Assembly: GCA_041648335.1 (NCBI GenBank)
Contig: JBAZPG010000004.1
Span: 13,793-77,792 of the forward strand
Source: Candidatus Micrarchaeia archaeon
GTDB lineage: Archaea; Micrarchaeota; Micrarchaeia; Norongarragalinales; Norongarragalinaceae
Length of the DNA: 64,000 nt
Reading direction: 5' to 3'
This document shows, in pieces, positions 29,442 to 38,757 of this stretch. The position numbers and the translations under genes are program-made. The notes under the pieces were generated by a model. The model ran no database searches, was not told the origin of the DNA, and saw only the letters and a list, made by a program, of their open reading frames with translations. How positions within the stretch are numbered: the first letter of the stretch is position 1; every line of letters starts with the position of its first letter.

Positions 29442-29948
29442 TCAGTAATAATGTATTCTTATTTGTTTAAGGAGTTTTTGGCGTTCGAGTATGGCTTCCA
29501 TCCAGTGGTTGCCGCCCCATACATTTGCCTTCCTAATTTTTTCCTTGCTGGACGGTATCAAGCGCGATAGCACCGTTGCTGCGGCTTCGTGCATTGCTTT
29601 CTGGGACAGTTTCAGCACGCGGCCGTCCGTGGTCTTGGTTTGCCTCAACGTGCCAAACTTTTTGGCGAGTTCGCTCCCGTGTTTTTCCAAGTCCTCGTCG
29701 GTCACGCCCGCCTCTTTGAGAACGTCTAGGACATGCTCTTCGTTGCTGTTGAACAGGTTTCCCGGTGCGGAGTAAGCAAACTTACCCTTGCCGTCACTCC
29801 AACGGAGCCCTTTTCTGCTCGCGGTTGACCGCCCGCGGGCATTAGTCCACTCGAGTTCGTCTAACAGGAAGCCACGCGTCCTCTCGATTAACTCGTATCT
29901 TTGTTTGAATCCGAAAGCGAGTTGTCCGCCTTGTTCTTCCCTCAACAT
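29442..29948 (-). CDS. hypothetical protein (AT-richer orphan)
   Basis: 168-aa ORF starting 4 nt after the glmU-like stop. No recognisable motif. Confidence 0.55.
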   Translation of the reverse strand: MLREEQGGQLAFGFKQRYELIERTRGFLLDELEWTNARGRSTASRKGLRWSDGKGKFAYSAPGNLFNSNEEHVLDVLKEAGVTDEDLEKHGSELAKKFGTLRQTKTTDGRVLKLSQKAMHEAAATVLSRLIPSSKEKIRKANVWGGNHWMEAILERQKLLKQIRIHYY

Positions 29949-29952
29949 TTCA

Positions 29953-31287
29953 TCACTTGGGCGCGTACTTCAACAGTTTCTTGCGGAGCTCCTCGCCCGC
30001 CTTGTTGTCGAGCGTTACCGTGTTATCGCGTATCTCCATCAGGTTCTTGGATTGCATTGCGAACTTGTTGGGCGCCAAATCCTTGTACAATAAGACGCCC
30101 GAACCCACGATGGAGTGCGGACCCACCTTCACGCCGGGCATTATGGTGGCGTTGCTTCCCGTCTTGCAGTTGTCCGCCATTATCACGCCGAGTTTGTTCG
30201 TGCCCGAATCCATCTTCCCCTTGCCGAGCACCTCGACTTGGATGTGCGCCTCGTCGAACCGGAAGTTCGCGGTAATCGTGCCCGCCCCGAGCGAACAGTT
30301 GTCGCCCAACACGGAATCCCCGACGTACGCGGAGTGCGTCCAGCAGTTCTCGCCGATGACCGAGTACTTCACCTCGGTGGAGTAGCCGATGACGCTCTTC
30401 GCGCCGATTGAGGAGTGCCCGCGTACGAGCGCGTTGTTCCCAATCACCGCGTTGTCCCCGATGTAACACGGTCCCTCGATGACTGCGTTCTCGAATACGC
30501 GCACGCCCTCACCGATGTGCACGTGCTCGCCTTTTATCACGGCGCGCTCGGAGATGCGCGCGCTCTTCGCCGTGAACGCCTTTTGTTTGTCCAGGAAGTA
30601 TTCGTTCAAGCGCAACAAGTCCCACGGGAGCTTGTACGAGCCGAAGAAGCCCTTGTAGGATAGGGCGCGCACGTCGCCGCCCGCGTCAATCATCTTTTGT
30701 ATTGCCTCTTCGTACTGTGAGTCGGATTCGGGCACCGCAGCCAGGTGCCTGAAGATGTCCGAGTTGAGTATGTAAACGCCGATTACCGCGTTCTTGGACG
30801 GCTCTTTCCCCTTGTCGGGCTTCTCCACTATGCGGCGCACGCGGTCGCCCTTCAAGTCGAGTATCCCGAACTTCCACGTCTCCTCGGTGGGTTGCGAGGC
30901 GAATACTGCGTCGCACGACGTTGCTTTCGCGAGCATCGCCTTGAGCAAGCCGGGTTCGAACACGTCGTCCGCGTTCACCACCACGAACTTATCCGTCTTG
31001 CCGAGCGCGCCGCGCGCGCAAGCGAGCGCGTCCGCCATTCCCTTCGCTTCCTTCTGGAGCGCGTAGGATATTTTTACGCCGTGGCTTTTCGCGCCGAAGT
31101 AGTCCTTGATTTGTTCGGCGTTGTGCCCGACTACGCACACCGCTTCCTTGAACCCGGCTGCGGCGAGCTCTTCCACAACGTACTCCATGAGCGGCTTGCC
31201 GAGTAGTTTGAACATGGGTTTCGGCTTGTTCACTGCCAACGGGAACACGCGCTTCCCGTTCCCGGCTGCGAGTATGACTGCCTTCAT
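29953..31287 (-). CDS. glmU: bifunctional sugar-1-phosphate nucleotidylyltransferase/acetyltransferase (archaeal GlmU-like)
   Basis: Motifs ILAAGNGKR..PL...KPKPM and VEKP, hexapeptide repeats, SAYVGDSVLG and GAGTITAN. Confidence 0.88.
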   Translation of the reverse strand: MKAVILAAGNGKRVFPLAVNKPKPMFKLLGKPLMEYVVEELAAAGFKEAVCVVGHNAEQIKDYFGAKSHGVKISYALQKEAKGMADALACARGALGKTDKFVVVNADDVFEPGLLKAMLAKATSCDAVFASQPTEETWKFGILDLKGDRVRRIVEKPDKGKEPSKNAVIGVYILNSDIFRHLAAVPESDSQYEEAIQKMIDAGGDVRALSYKGFFGSYKLPWDLLRLNEYFLDKQKAFTAKSARISERAVIKGEHVHIGEGVRVFENAVIEGPCYIGDNAVIGNNALVRGHSSIGAKSVIGYSTEVKYSVIGENCWTHSAYVGDSVLGDNCSLGAGTITANFRFDEAHIQVEVLGKGKMDSGTNKLGVIMADNCKTGSNATIMPGVKVGPHSIVGSGVLLYKDLAPNKFAMQSKNLMEIRDNTVTLDNKAGEELRKKLLKYAPK

Positions 31288-32612
31288 TTTAACGCCGCCT
31301 CCACGAGTGCGCGTCCGGCGCGCGCCAATTCCTCCAAACGCTTTTGAGTATAAGCTTCGCAGTTCACCTTCAAGTAGGGTTCGGTGCCGCTCGGGCGCAC
31401 GAGGAGCCAGGCGCCGTCCGCGAAATCAACCCGCACCCCGTCTATCTCCGTCGCTTTCCCTCCGAGTGCGCGGACTCCCCCGGCAACCGCACGCATCGCT
31501 TTTGCCTTTTCCTGGTTGGAACACGCTAAACGCGTCTTGTCGAAGAAAACGCGGGGAATGCCGGAAAATTCTTTTTTAACCGCGTTCACGTCGCGTTTCG
31601 AGAGCAGCAACGCGGCAGGGTAAACCGTTGAAGAAAAGAAACCGAAGCGGGGCACGAGGTAGTGCCCGCACTCCTCGACGCCCAGCGCCGCTCCTCGGTT
31701 GCGCACGGCGCGCGCGATTACCGTGTCCCCGACTACGGTGCGGTAGAGCGTTCCCCCCGCCTGCTCGATTGCCTTCTCAACGAAGCGCCCGGTTTCCACC
31801 GAGCCCACGACCTCTTTTTTTACCGAGTCCGAGAGCACGCTCGCGGCCACGGCTGCATTGCCTTCTTGGAAGCCCAGGAAGCCGTTGCGGTCCAGGAACA
31901 CGATGCGGTCGTTGTCGCCGTCCAGGCACAACCCCGCGTCCGCCTTGTTCTCGCGGCTGAACGCGATTGTTTTCGCGAGCGTGTCCGGCTTGGGTTCGAG
32001 CGGGCGGTCGCACTTCGTAACATCCGGAGTGCAATTTACTTCGAGGACTTCGTGCCCGTGCGAACGCAAGAGCGCAGGCAGGTGTTCGGAATCAGGGCCG
32101 CACGCGCAGTCCACTGTCAAACGCATTTTCTTCAAGGGCTTCGGGCACAACCGCGCGAGGCGCGCGTAATACTCGCTTGCGCCATCCGCACGCGCCTCTT
32201 TACCCGCGGCGTTCTTCGCGCGCTTCGAGGGCGCGGCGTACTCGCGTTCGATTGCCTCTTGGTCGGTTGCCATTCCAAGCGCGTCGCAATACTTGAACCC
32301 GTTGTACTCGGGCGGGTTGTGGCTCGCGGTAATCATCACGCCCGCATCGAACCCGAGTTCGCGCGTCAAAAAATAGAGTCCCGGAGTGGAGAGCACGCCC
32401 AGGCGCGTCACGCCAAGCCCCGCTTCGAGCAATTCATCGACTGTTTTCTCTTCCAAGTCCGGACCGCTGCGGCGGGTGTCGCGCGCAACGCAAACACGCT
32501 TCCCTTCGCCTACGACTGCGGCGAACGCGTGGCTCAAACGCTCCACTAGTTCGTCGTTGACTTCAGTTCCGACGACGCCGCGGACTCCCGACGTTCCGAA
32601 TAGCTTGTTCAC
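31284..32612 (-). CDS. glmM: phosphoglucosamine mutase / phosphohexomutase
   Basis: Motifs LFGTSGVRG, MITASHNP, DGDNDR and VRPSGTEP. Confidence 0.88.
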   Translation of the reverse strand: MNKLFGTSGVRGVVGTEVNDELVERLSHAFAAVVGEGKRVCVARDTRRSGPDLEEKTVDELLEAGLGVTRLGVLSTPGLYFLTRELGFDAGVMITASHNPPEYNGFKYCDALGMATDQEAIEREYAAPSKRAKNAAGKEARADGASEYYARLARLCPKPLKKMRLTVDCACGPDSEHLPALLRSHGHEVLEVNCTPDVTKCDRPLEPKPDTLAKTIAFSRENKADAGLCLDGDNDRIVFLDRNGFLGFQEGNAAVAASVLSDSVKKEVVGSVETGRFVEKAIEQAGGTLYRTVVGDTVIARAVRNRGAALGVEECGHYLVPRFGFFSSTVYPAALLLSKRDVNAVKKEFSGIPRVFFDKTRLACSNQEKAKAMRAVAGGVRALGGKATEIDGVRVDFADGAWLLVRPSGTEPYLKVNCEAYTQKRLEELARAGRALVEAALK

Positions 32613-33727
32613 TTCCTCTTCTTGCTCCCTTTAAGCAGGTAATACGCGCTCCCGAGAACCAGCGCCAAGCCCCCGAGAAGGAGCAGCGAGTTGTAATCGC
32701 TTGCCGGTTCCGGCGCGACGCCAGGGCTGGGCGACGGGCTCGGCGAAGGCGTTGCCGCAACGGCTTCCACGCAGGCGCCGTCCACGCACGCGCACGCCTT
32801 CTCCTTGTTCGCTATGCTTGCGCCCAGGCAGTAATACTCGAAGAGCGAGTCCCCTGCCGCGCAGTAGTCGGCGAACTCGTTCGCCTCCGTTGACACCGTG
32901 CCCTTTTCGTCGTAGAACAATCCGCCGTCACTGTCCGCGCAACTCGGGTTTATGGTGCACGCGCCCTGCGAACAGCCGTCGGTGCACTCCGTGCCTTGGG
33001 CTGCGCACCCGCCCTCGGTGCACGAGTAATCCAACAGCCAGTTGTTGACGCAGCCGTTCCTGCCGCTTATCGTGATTGAATCGCACCCATCCTCAACGTC
33101 AACGCATTCGGGTTCACAGCACGCAAGGTAGTTCACGCGGTTCGTGCTCGAGGGAATCCAGCCCGCAGGCGACTCCAACAGCACGGTTCCCAGTGCGTAA
33201 CCGCCTGCCGCTTCCGCAAGCACCACGAACTCGTTGGATGCGGCGGCGTCTTCCGCGCCGAACGCGTAGGCGCGCGGCGAACTGACCGTGACCACGCTGG
33301 CGTTCACTTCCACGCCGTCCATTTTCAGGAGGCGTGAACCGTACGTAAATGAAAGCGTTTCGAAAACGTCGCGCGTGCTCGAGTATTCCCCGCAGTAATA
33401 ATCCACCACCCCGTTTTCGGCTTCGGTAACCGAGGACTCGCTCTCGCCGTTCGCCTGTTTCACGAACGCTTCTCCGAGGTGGTCGCCGCCGATGCTAGAG
33501 TAATCCTGGCGTATCAACACGAAAACGTTCTTGCCGATGTTCCCGAACGCCATCGCCTGATCGGGGTTGATGGAGTTGAACCGGATGACGCCGCCCTGCA
33601 AGTCCCACGCGTAAGCGGGAATCAGGAACGCCGCCTCGTCGTAACCAACGTAGAATGTGTTCGCGCAATCCGCGAGCGCGCTCGCGAGGCACGATGCGGC
33701 AACCATCAACAAAAGAACCTTGTTCAT
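32609..33727 (-). CDS. secreted Cys-rich surface protein with C-terminal TM anchor
   Basis: Signal peptide, CxDxDxG...EYxC...CxxGCxxGAC modules, PS linker, TM and KKRK tail. Confidence 0.75.
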   Translation of the reverse strand: MNKVLLLMVAASCLASALADCANTFYVGYDEAAFLIPAYAWDLQGGVIRFNSINPDQAMAFGNIGKNVFVLIRQDYSSIGGDHLGEAFVKQANGESESSVTEAENGVVDYYCGEYSSTRDVFETLSFTYGSRLLKMDGVEVNASVVTVSSPRAYAFGAEDAAASNEFVVLAEAAGGYALGTVLLESPAGWIPSSTNRVNYLACCEPECVDVEDGCDSITISGRNGCVNNWLLDYSCTEGGCAAQGTECTDGCSQGACTINPSCADSDGGLFYDEKGTVSTEANEFADYCAAGDSLFEYYCLGASIANKEKACACVDGACVEAVAATPSPSPSPSPGVAPEPASDYNSLLLLGGLALVLGSAYYLLKGSKKRK

Positions 33728-34294
33728 TTACTCTCCCTCCTTGCGTGTCACGCGGCTTTCGCCGGGCTCGTTCGCATCCTGGTACTTGCTGCCCAATTCC
33801 TTGTGGCCGTAAGCCTTGTCCGCGGGCGTTGTCAGTTCCCCGAACGATAGCTGGGCGATTCCCATTCCCGGGTAGAGCGCCACGGGGATTTTGCCCACGT
33901 TGCTCAACTCGAGCGTGAGCCGTCCGTTCCAGCCCGGGTCCACTTTTCCCGCGGTCGCGTGGATTATGATGCCCAGTCGCCCCAGCGAGCTCTTGCCTCC
34001 CAGCAACCCGAACAAGTCCGCGGGCAGGCGCACGCGTTCCACCAGGCACCCGAGCACGAACTCGTGGGGGTGGAGCACGAACGGCTCGCCCTCTGCTATC
34101 TTCACGAGTTCGGTGTAATCGCGGTTCTTGTCGCGCGGGTCGATGAACGCGTTGTGCATGTTCTTGAACACCCGGAACTCGCTGGACAAATGCAGGTCCA
34201 CACTCGACGGCTGGATGCACTTCCAGTCGAGCGGCTCGATTTCGATGCGCCCCGACTCGAGCGCCTCGCGAATACTCCGGTCACTCAAAAACAT
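33728..34294 (-). CDS. dcd: dCTP deaminase
   Basis: Motifs FLSD, IQPSSVDL, GKSSLGRLG, AGKVDPGW.G.LTLE and KYQ. ATG at 34294 overlaps the upstream stop. Confidence 0.95.
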   Translation of the reverse strand: MFLSDRSIREALESGRIEIEPLDWKCIQPSSVDLHLSSEFRVFKNMHNAFIDPRDKNRDYTELVKIAEGEPFVLHPHEFVLGCLVERVRLPADLFGLLGGKSSLGRLGIIIHATAGKVDPGWNGRLTLELSNVGKIPVALYPGMGIAQLSFGELTTPADKAYGHKELGSKYQDANEPGESRVTRKEGE

Positions 34295-35424
34295 CAAACA
34301 GCCAACTCCGCGTACATTTCCTCGTAAGCGCGCGCGGTCTCGTCCCACGTGAATTTTTCGAGCACGCGCTTCCTGCCCTTGGCGCCGAGGCGCATCCTCA
34401 AGTTTTTGTCCCCCAAGAGTGTTTTAATCCTTTCTTTGAGCGCCTTCGCGCTCGCCTTCTTGCACACGAAACCAGCATCCCCGATGACTTCGGGTATACC
34501 CCCCGCGTCCGTCCCGACCACGGGTTTGCCCGCGGCCATCGCCTCGGCGAGCACCATCCCGAACGGCTCCCATACGCTCGGCAACGCGAACACGTCGCAC
34601 GCCCCGTAAATCCCGGCGAGGTACTTGTCCGAGACGTGCCCCGTGCAGAACACCGCGTTCACACCCTCGCGCTTGGCTTGCGCCTTCAACTCCTTTTCGA
34701 GCGGACCGCGCCCGAGCACCACGAGCGTGGCGTCCAAGCCCTTCATCGCGTCAATCAAATACGAGAGCCCCTTCTGTTTGACGAGGCGGCAGGTGGTCAA
34801 CACCATCTGTCCCTCAATGCGGTTGTCTTCGCGGAACTTCCTCCCGCTCACGCGCGGGTTGAACAAGTCGTGGTCCACCCCGTTGTAAGCCACACGCGTG
34901 CGCGGCCACAACTCGCTCGGCACGGTCTCCCTGATGGTAGCCCTACTCACTCCCGCGATGCAGGTGCACGCCTTCATCGTGCTCTTCCCGATGACATCGT
35001 CGTAGAACTGCCCCAACGCGTCCGTTGCCGCGTCAATGCCCACCGTGCGCGCGTTGTGGATGGTGATTCCAAGTTTCTTCTTCAAGTGCCTCTTGACGAG
35101 CGTGACGTCCGCGCTCCCGTACACGAACCGGTTGTGGATGTGCACCAAATCAACCTTCTTCGCCTCGCGCGCCAAATCCAGCAGCGAGAACGGGGTGACG
35201 GGCACGGGCGGGGGCAGTGGGTGCGGCAAATCGTTGAGCACCCACGCGGGTGTCCGCACGATGCGCACCCCCTCCACGGTCTCTTCGGCTTTCGTGCCCT
35301 TCAGGCGTGCCGTCAAGACGGTTACGTCGTGGTTCTTGGCGAGTCGGCGGCTCACCTCGTAAACGTGCTTCTCGGTTCCACCCTGGTAGGGCGGGTAGAA
35401 CGGGTTGAGCATCAACAGCTTCAT
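34294..35424 (-). CDS. GT4 family glycosyltransferase
   Basis: Motifs GGTEKHV, KG..YLI.A and EPFGMVLAEAMAAGKPVV. Confidence 0.92.
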   Translation of the reverse strand: MKLLMLNPFYPPYQGGTEKHVYEVSRRLAKNHDVTVLTARLKGTKAEETVEGVRIVRTPAWVLNDLPHPLPPPVPVTPFSLLDLAREAKKVDLVHIHNRFVYGSADVTLVKRHLKKKLGITIHNARTVGIDAATDALGQFYDDVIGKSTMKACTCIAGVSRATIRETVPSELWPRTRVAYNGVDHDLFNPRVSGRKFREDNRIEGQMVLTTCRLVKQKGLSYLIDAMKGLDATLVVLGRGPLEKELKAQAKREGVNAVFCTGHVSDKYLAGIYGACDVFALPSVWEPFGMVLAEAMAAGKPVVGTDAGGIPEVIGDAGFVCKKASAKALKERIKTLLGDKNLRMRLGAKGRKRVLEKFTWDETARAYEEMYAELAV

Positions 35425-35930
35425 TTCAACCGCCTCGCGACGAGTTCGCGCGCGAAATAGCCGAACGCCAACGAACCGACAACCAAAAGCACCACGCCCG
35501 ACGGGTCGAGAGCCGCGGCGTTGCGTACGACCTCGTTAGTCGATTCCGCGAACGCCTTGTCCGTTGCGCTCCCGAGCACGGGTGCGGGCGCCTGCGTTGG
35601 AATCGTGGGGAACAACCGGTAAACGCCCGCGATTATTGCGAGCGCGCTTGCCCCCAACAGGAAGAGGACACGCGAGCCCCCCGGCTGGACTACGCTCCGT
35701 CCTTTCTCGGTCAAGTCGAAGTAAACCCACTTGCCGTTCGCGCGGCGCGCCACGAGCCCTGCCTTGAGCATTTTCTCCAAATGCTGCCCGGTCGCTTGGA
35801 CGCTCGTCTTCGACTCGCGCGAGAGCTCGCTCGCGGTCTTGCCGCGTTCGCACAGCGACTTGAGCATGGAGACGCGGGCATCGCTCGCGAGCGCCTTGAA
35901 CGACTCCAAATCCAGGACTACTTCACCCAA
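35421..35930 (-). CDS. ArsR-type winged HTH regulator with C-terminal TM segments
   Basis: FKALASDARVSMLKSL...HLEKMLKAGLV...WVYFDLTEKG followed by two hydrophobic helices. TTG start inferred. Confidence 0.8.
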   Translation of the reverse strand: MGEVVLDLESFKALASDARVSMLKSLCERGKTASELSRESKTSVQATGQHLEKMLKAGLVARRANGKWVYFDLTEKGRSVVQPGGSRVLFLLGASALAIIAGVYRLFPTIPTQAPAPVLGSATDKAFAESTNEVVRNAAALDPSGVVLLVVGSLAFGYFARELVARRLK

Positions 35931-36429
35931 CTTCAACCACCGTTTCGCTTGCGGGCTTGCGTTTGCCCTCGGGTTTCTCCGCCGGAACGCCGACGGGCAC
36001 GAGCACCACGGGCTCGAATTCTTTCGGAATCGCGAGCGCCTTGCGCACCCCTTCGGCATCGAACGCCCCGCACCACACCGAACCCAAACCCAGCGCGTGC
36101 GCGGCGAGCAGCAAATTCTCCACGGACGCGCTCACGTCCATCAAACTGAATCGCTCGGCTTTCTCGCCGAAGCGCGCCAACCCGTCCGCATGCGTGCAAC
36201 CTATAACTATTAACGGCATTTCGGGTTTGAACCCGCGACGCGTTACCGCGCACAATTCCTCGATTTTCCCCTTGTTAGTTACGAAATAGAAGCGGCGCGA
36301 TTCCGCGTTCATGGCGCTGGGCGCCCAACGCACGGCTTCCTTTAGCTCGTCGAGCGCGCCCTCGGGGAGCGCGTCGGCGTTAAACGCGCGTATGCTCCTC
36401 CGCCCGTTTATCGCTTCCGTGACGCGCAT
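35923..36429 (-). CDS. nitroreductase family protein
   Basis: Motifs RRSIRAF, APSAMN and LAAHALGLGSVW. Confidence 0.92.
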   Translation of the reverse strand: MRVTEAINGRRSIRAFNADALPEGALDELKEAVRWAPSAMNAESRRFYFVTNKGKIEELCAVTRRGFKPEMPLIVIGCTHADGLARFGEKAERFSLMDVSASVENLLLAAHALGLGSVWCGAFDAEGVRKALAIPKEFEPVVLVPVGVPAEKPEGKRKPASETVVEVG

Positions 36430-36860
36430 TCCAACAACTCCTTGCGTTTTTCAGTCATTTTCTCAATCATTATGCCTATTAGTTCAGCCCGGCTTAGGGT
36501 CTTTGCCGTCACTGGAACCGAGTTTGTTTCTATGTGCGCCTTTATTTCTTTCATCTGCGCGATTCCCTGCGAGTCGGAGGGCACGGTGTGATTCATTATT
36601 TCTGCAATACTCACGAAGTGTTCGCCGGTTGTGTTCGGGTCCTTCAAAACACGGGCCAGCATGGGGGTGGCGTGCCCCAATGCAATCAAGCCTTCCTTGT
36701 CCCCGGTTTTCAAGAATTGTTCCAAAGCGCTAGTCAAGTTGTTGATGGCTTCGGAACGCCTTTCGCCTCCTAATTTTTGGGATAAACTGGTTGCCGCGTC
36801 AACCCTATTCGTCAAGTCCGCTTCCCTTTGTTTCAAAACAGTAACCGGACGTTTGAACAC
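36408..36860 (-). CDS. hypothetical protein (AT-richer orphan)
   Basis: 150-aa helical ORF between two backbone genes, overlapping the nitroreductase start. Confidence 0.5.
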   Translation of the reverse strand: MFKRPVTVLKQREADLTNRVDAATSLSQKLGGERRSEAINNLTSALEQFLKTGDKEGLIALGHATPMLARVLKDPNTTGEHFVSIAEIMNHTVPSDSQGIAQMKEIKAHIETNSVPVTAKTLSRAELIGIMIEKMTEKRKELLECASRKR

Positions 36861-36867
36861 TTCAGAT

Positions 36868-37278
36868 TCACTTCCAACCGCGGTTGGCTACGAGGCGCTC
36901 CTTGAGGCGGCTGCGCGCGTAGAAAGCCACGACGAGCACCGCGAACCCAGCCGCGATTATCGCGGCGTTCTCGGCGAGCATGAACTGGCAGGCGCACAGC
37001 GAGTAAACCAGGTATTCGACGAACGCGCCGAGGACAACGAGCCACAACAGGCGGAGCTCGATTAGGTATTCCGCGAACAAGCCCTGCTTCTTAATCGCAG
37101 CCACGGGGTAGAAGTACATGAAGCTCGCGGCAGCCAACAGGAGCACGCCGGGGAAGAACGTCTTCGTGGACGCGGGGTAGAACAACTCCGCAGCCAGCGC
37201 CACGAGGAACACGCCCGCCAAGTGCAGGGCAAGGTAAGTGTTCTCTTTTTCCGATAGCCAGTCAATCAAACCGCGCAT
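36868..37278 (-). CDS. membrane protein
   Basis: Four hydrophobic segments. Confidence 0.65.
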   Translation of the reverse strand: MRGLIDWLSEKENTYLALHLAGVFLVALAAELFYPASTKTFFPGVLLLAAASFMYFYPVAAIKKQGLFAEYLIELRLLWLVVLGAFVEYLVYSLCACQFMLAENAAIIAAGFAVLVVAFYARSRLKERLVANRGWK

Positions 37279-37384
37279 AAAAACACCCCGTAAAAACTAT
37301 TGTAAAAATAACCCGCAGCGGGCTTAAAAGCGTTGCCCGACGCCCCGCCAAGCAACGCCTTTTTTTACTCCGCCGCCAACAAGG

Positions 37385-37455
37385 GAATCGGATGATGACC
37401 AAGAACTAACAAACTCTGACTTCGTGATGAGTGACGGACGGTCTGACAACGATTC
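37385..37455 (+). ncRNA. box C/D sRNA; D guide complementary to 16S rRNA 1398-1409 region
   Basis: Box C ATGATGA 37392-98, D' CTGA 37416-19, C' GTGATGA 37424-30, guide GTGACGGACGGT and D CTGA 37443-46. Terminal stem GAATCG/CGATTC. Confidence 0.88.
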
Positions 37456-37481
37456 ATTAGCTTGATCAACAGTGAGGAAAA

Positions 37482-37844
37482 ATGGAAAAAACAGAATTTG
37501 AGGAATGGTTTAAACAATTGGGAAATGCGTGGTGCGCTAGAGACCCCGAAAAAGCCGCAAGCCTCTTCTCCAAGAATGTAGAATATTATGAATCGGTTTT
37601 TGAACCCCCGTGCAACTGGGACAAAGTCCTTGAACTGTGGCTTGCCGTGCCAAAAAACCAGAAGGATATTACTTACGATTTTGAAATAATATCTACTGCG
37701 GGTAATCTTGCTGTTTGTAACTGGAAAGTGTCGAGAACGATGCTTCCGGATAATAAACTACAGAGAATAAACGGAATTTTTATAATTCGGCTAAATCAAG
37801 CCGGTCTTTGCGATTACTTTAAGCAATGGCGCTCGGTGCACTAA
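37482..37844 (+). CDS. SnoaL/NTF2-like protein
   Basis: AWCARDPEKAASLFS..VEYYE, W, GIFII.L and FKQW pattern. Confidence 0.8.
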   Translation: MEKTEFEEWFKQLGNAWCARDPEKAASLFSKNVEYYESVFEPPCNWDKVLELWLAVPKNQKDITYDFEIISTAGNLAVCNWKVSRTMLPDNKLQRINGIFIIRLNQAGLCDYFKQWRSVH

Positions 37845-38095
37845 CTTATTGAACCGAACGCAGTTTCGCGGCAAAAACCTATTTCCGCGAAAACGAGCTG
37901 GCTCTGAATGTGCGAGCGCTCAGGCAATCCCCCAAGCGTGCCTCTGACTTGCGGTTATCTTACGTTTGCCGCCGCGATTGTAAGATAATTGGTTTTCCGT
38001 TTTTCCACTGCTTAGGCGCACATCTTGCTTGCCTAGACTAAATGCAGCAGCGCTAATTCACTTTTTATACTTTTAAAAAGAATCAACGATTACTG

Positions 38096-38599
38096 ATGTA
38101 CATGAAAAAAGCGATTCTGCTGTTCGGTCCGTCCGGGGTTGGAAAAAGTACGGTGGCAGCCATGATTTGCAAAAACCATGGTTTCAAGCACTGCGACGCG
38201 GACGAATTCAAATGGCGTTATTCTCACAAGAGGTCAAAGAAACGAACCGAAATAGGCGAAGCCGAAGCATTCGCGTACGCCAAACAACTTATTCACGCAA
38301 AAGAAAATCTGGTCGTCGAAGCACTGCCCGATAAATATCTTAAAAAACTGGCGGGGCTTTTGAAGCGCGGCGGATACAAAGTGCTCGAAATCTCGCTTTG
38401 CGCATCCGTGAAGCAATGCGTGAGAAATAACGCTTCGAGAAAAAGAAAAAATTACGATGCGAAGGTAATCCGCGCAGTTTACCGAGACCTCTCTAGAAAC
38501 AGAGGCCTAGTCGTCAATACCGAGGGCTTGTCCGCTTGGCAGACGTATAACTTGATAAAAAAGGCGCTCGATAAGCGCCCGTCATTTCCGCAGAAATGA
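38096..38599 (+). CDS. P-loop kinase (AAA_33 / nucleotide-kinase-like)
   Basis: Walker A GPSGVGKST, CDAD, and RNNASR lid motif. Confidence 0.8.
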   Translation: MYMKKAILLFGPSGVGKSTVAAMICKNHGFKHCDADEFKWRYSHKRSKKRTEIGEAEAFAYAKQLIHAKENLVVEALPDKYLKKLAGLLKRGGYKVLEISLCASVKQCVRNNASRKRKNYDAKVIRAVYRDLSRNRGLVVNTEGLSAWQTYNLIKKALDKRPSFPQK

Positions 38600-38649
38600 A
38601 CCGCCCTCCGTCGGTCAAGTGTTGTTCCCCTAGCGGACGGTCTGACAGA

Positions 38650-38757
38650 AACTTTCTTTTCTTTCCGAAGAAAAGAAACTTTCATGAAAGAAAAGAAGGG
38701 TTTGACTTTTCATGAAAAGAAAAAACAGCGATTCTTTCGTGAAATAAAAGAAGGGGT
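38650..38757. repeat. cluster of short A/T-rich palindromes
   Basis: TTTCTTTTCTT-TCCG-AAGAAAAGAAA followed by three CTTTC(A/G)TGAAA...AAGA units. Confidence 0.55.

Larger units (their letters stand above)
37435..38647. mobile_element. 1.2-kb AT-rich islet bounded by a 14-bp direct repeat
   Basis: CGGACGGTCTGACA at 37435-37448 (sRNA 3' end) and at 38634-38647. No integrase inside. Confidence 0.6.

Noticed and set aside
37845..38095. Hairpin-rich spacer as an integron attC site
   Set aside because: TAAC at the stop is present, but there is no matching GTTRRRY end and no integron integrase in the window.
38650..38757. Mini CRISPR array
   Set aside because: Units are short and degenerate with no unique spacers of proper length, and there are no cas genes.
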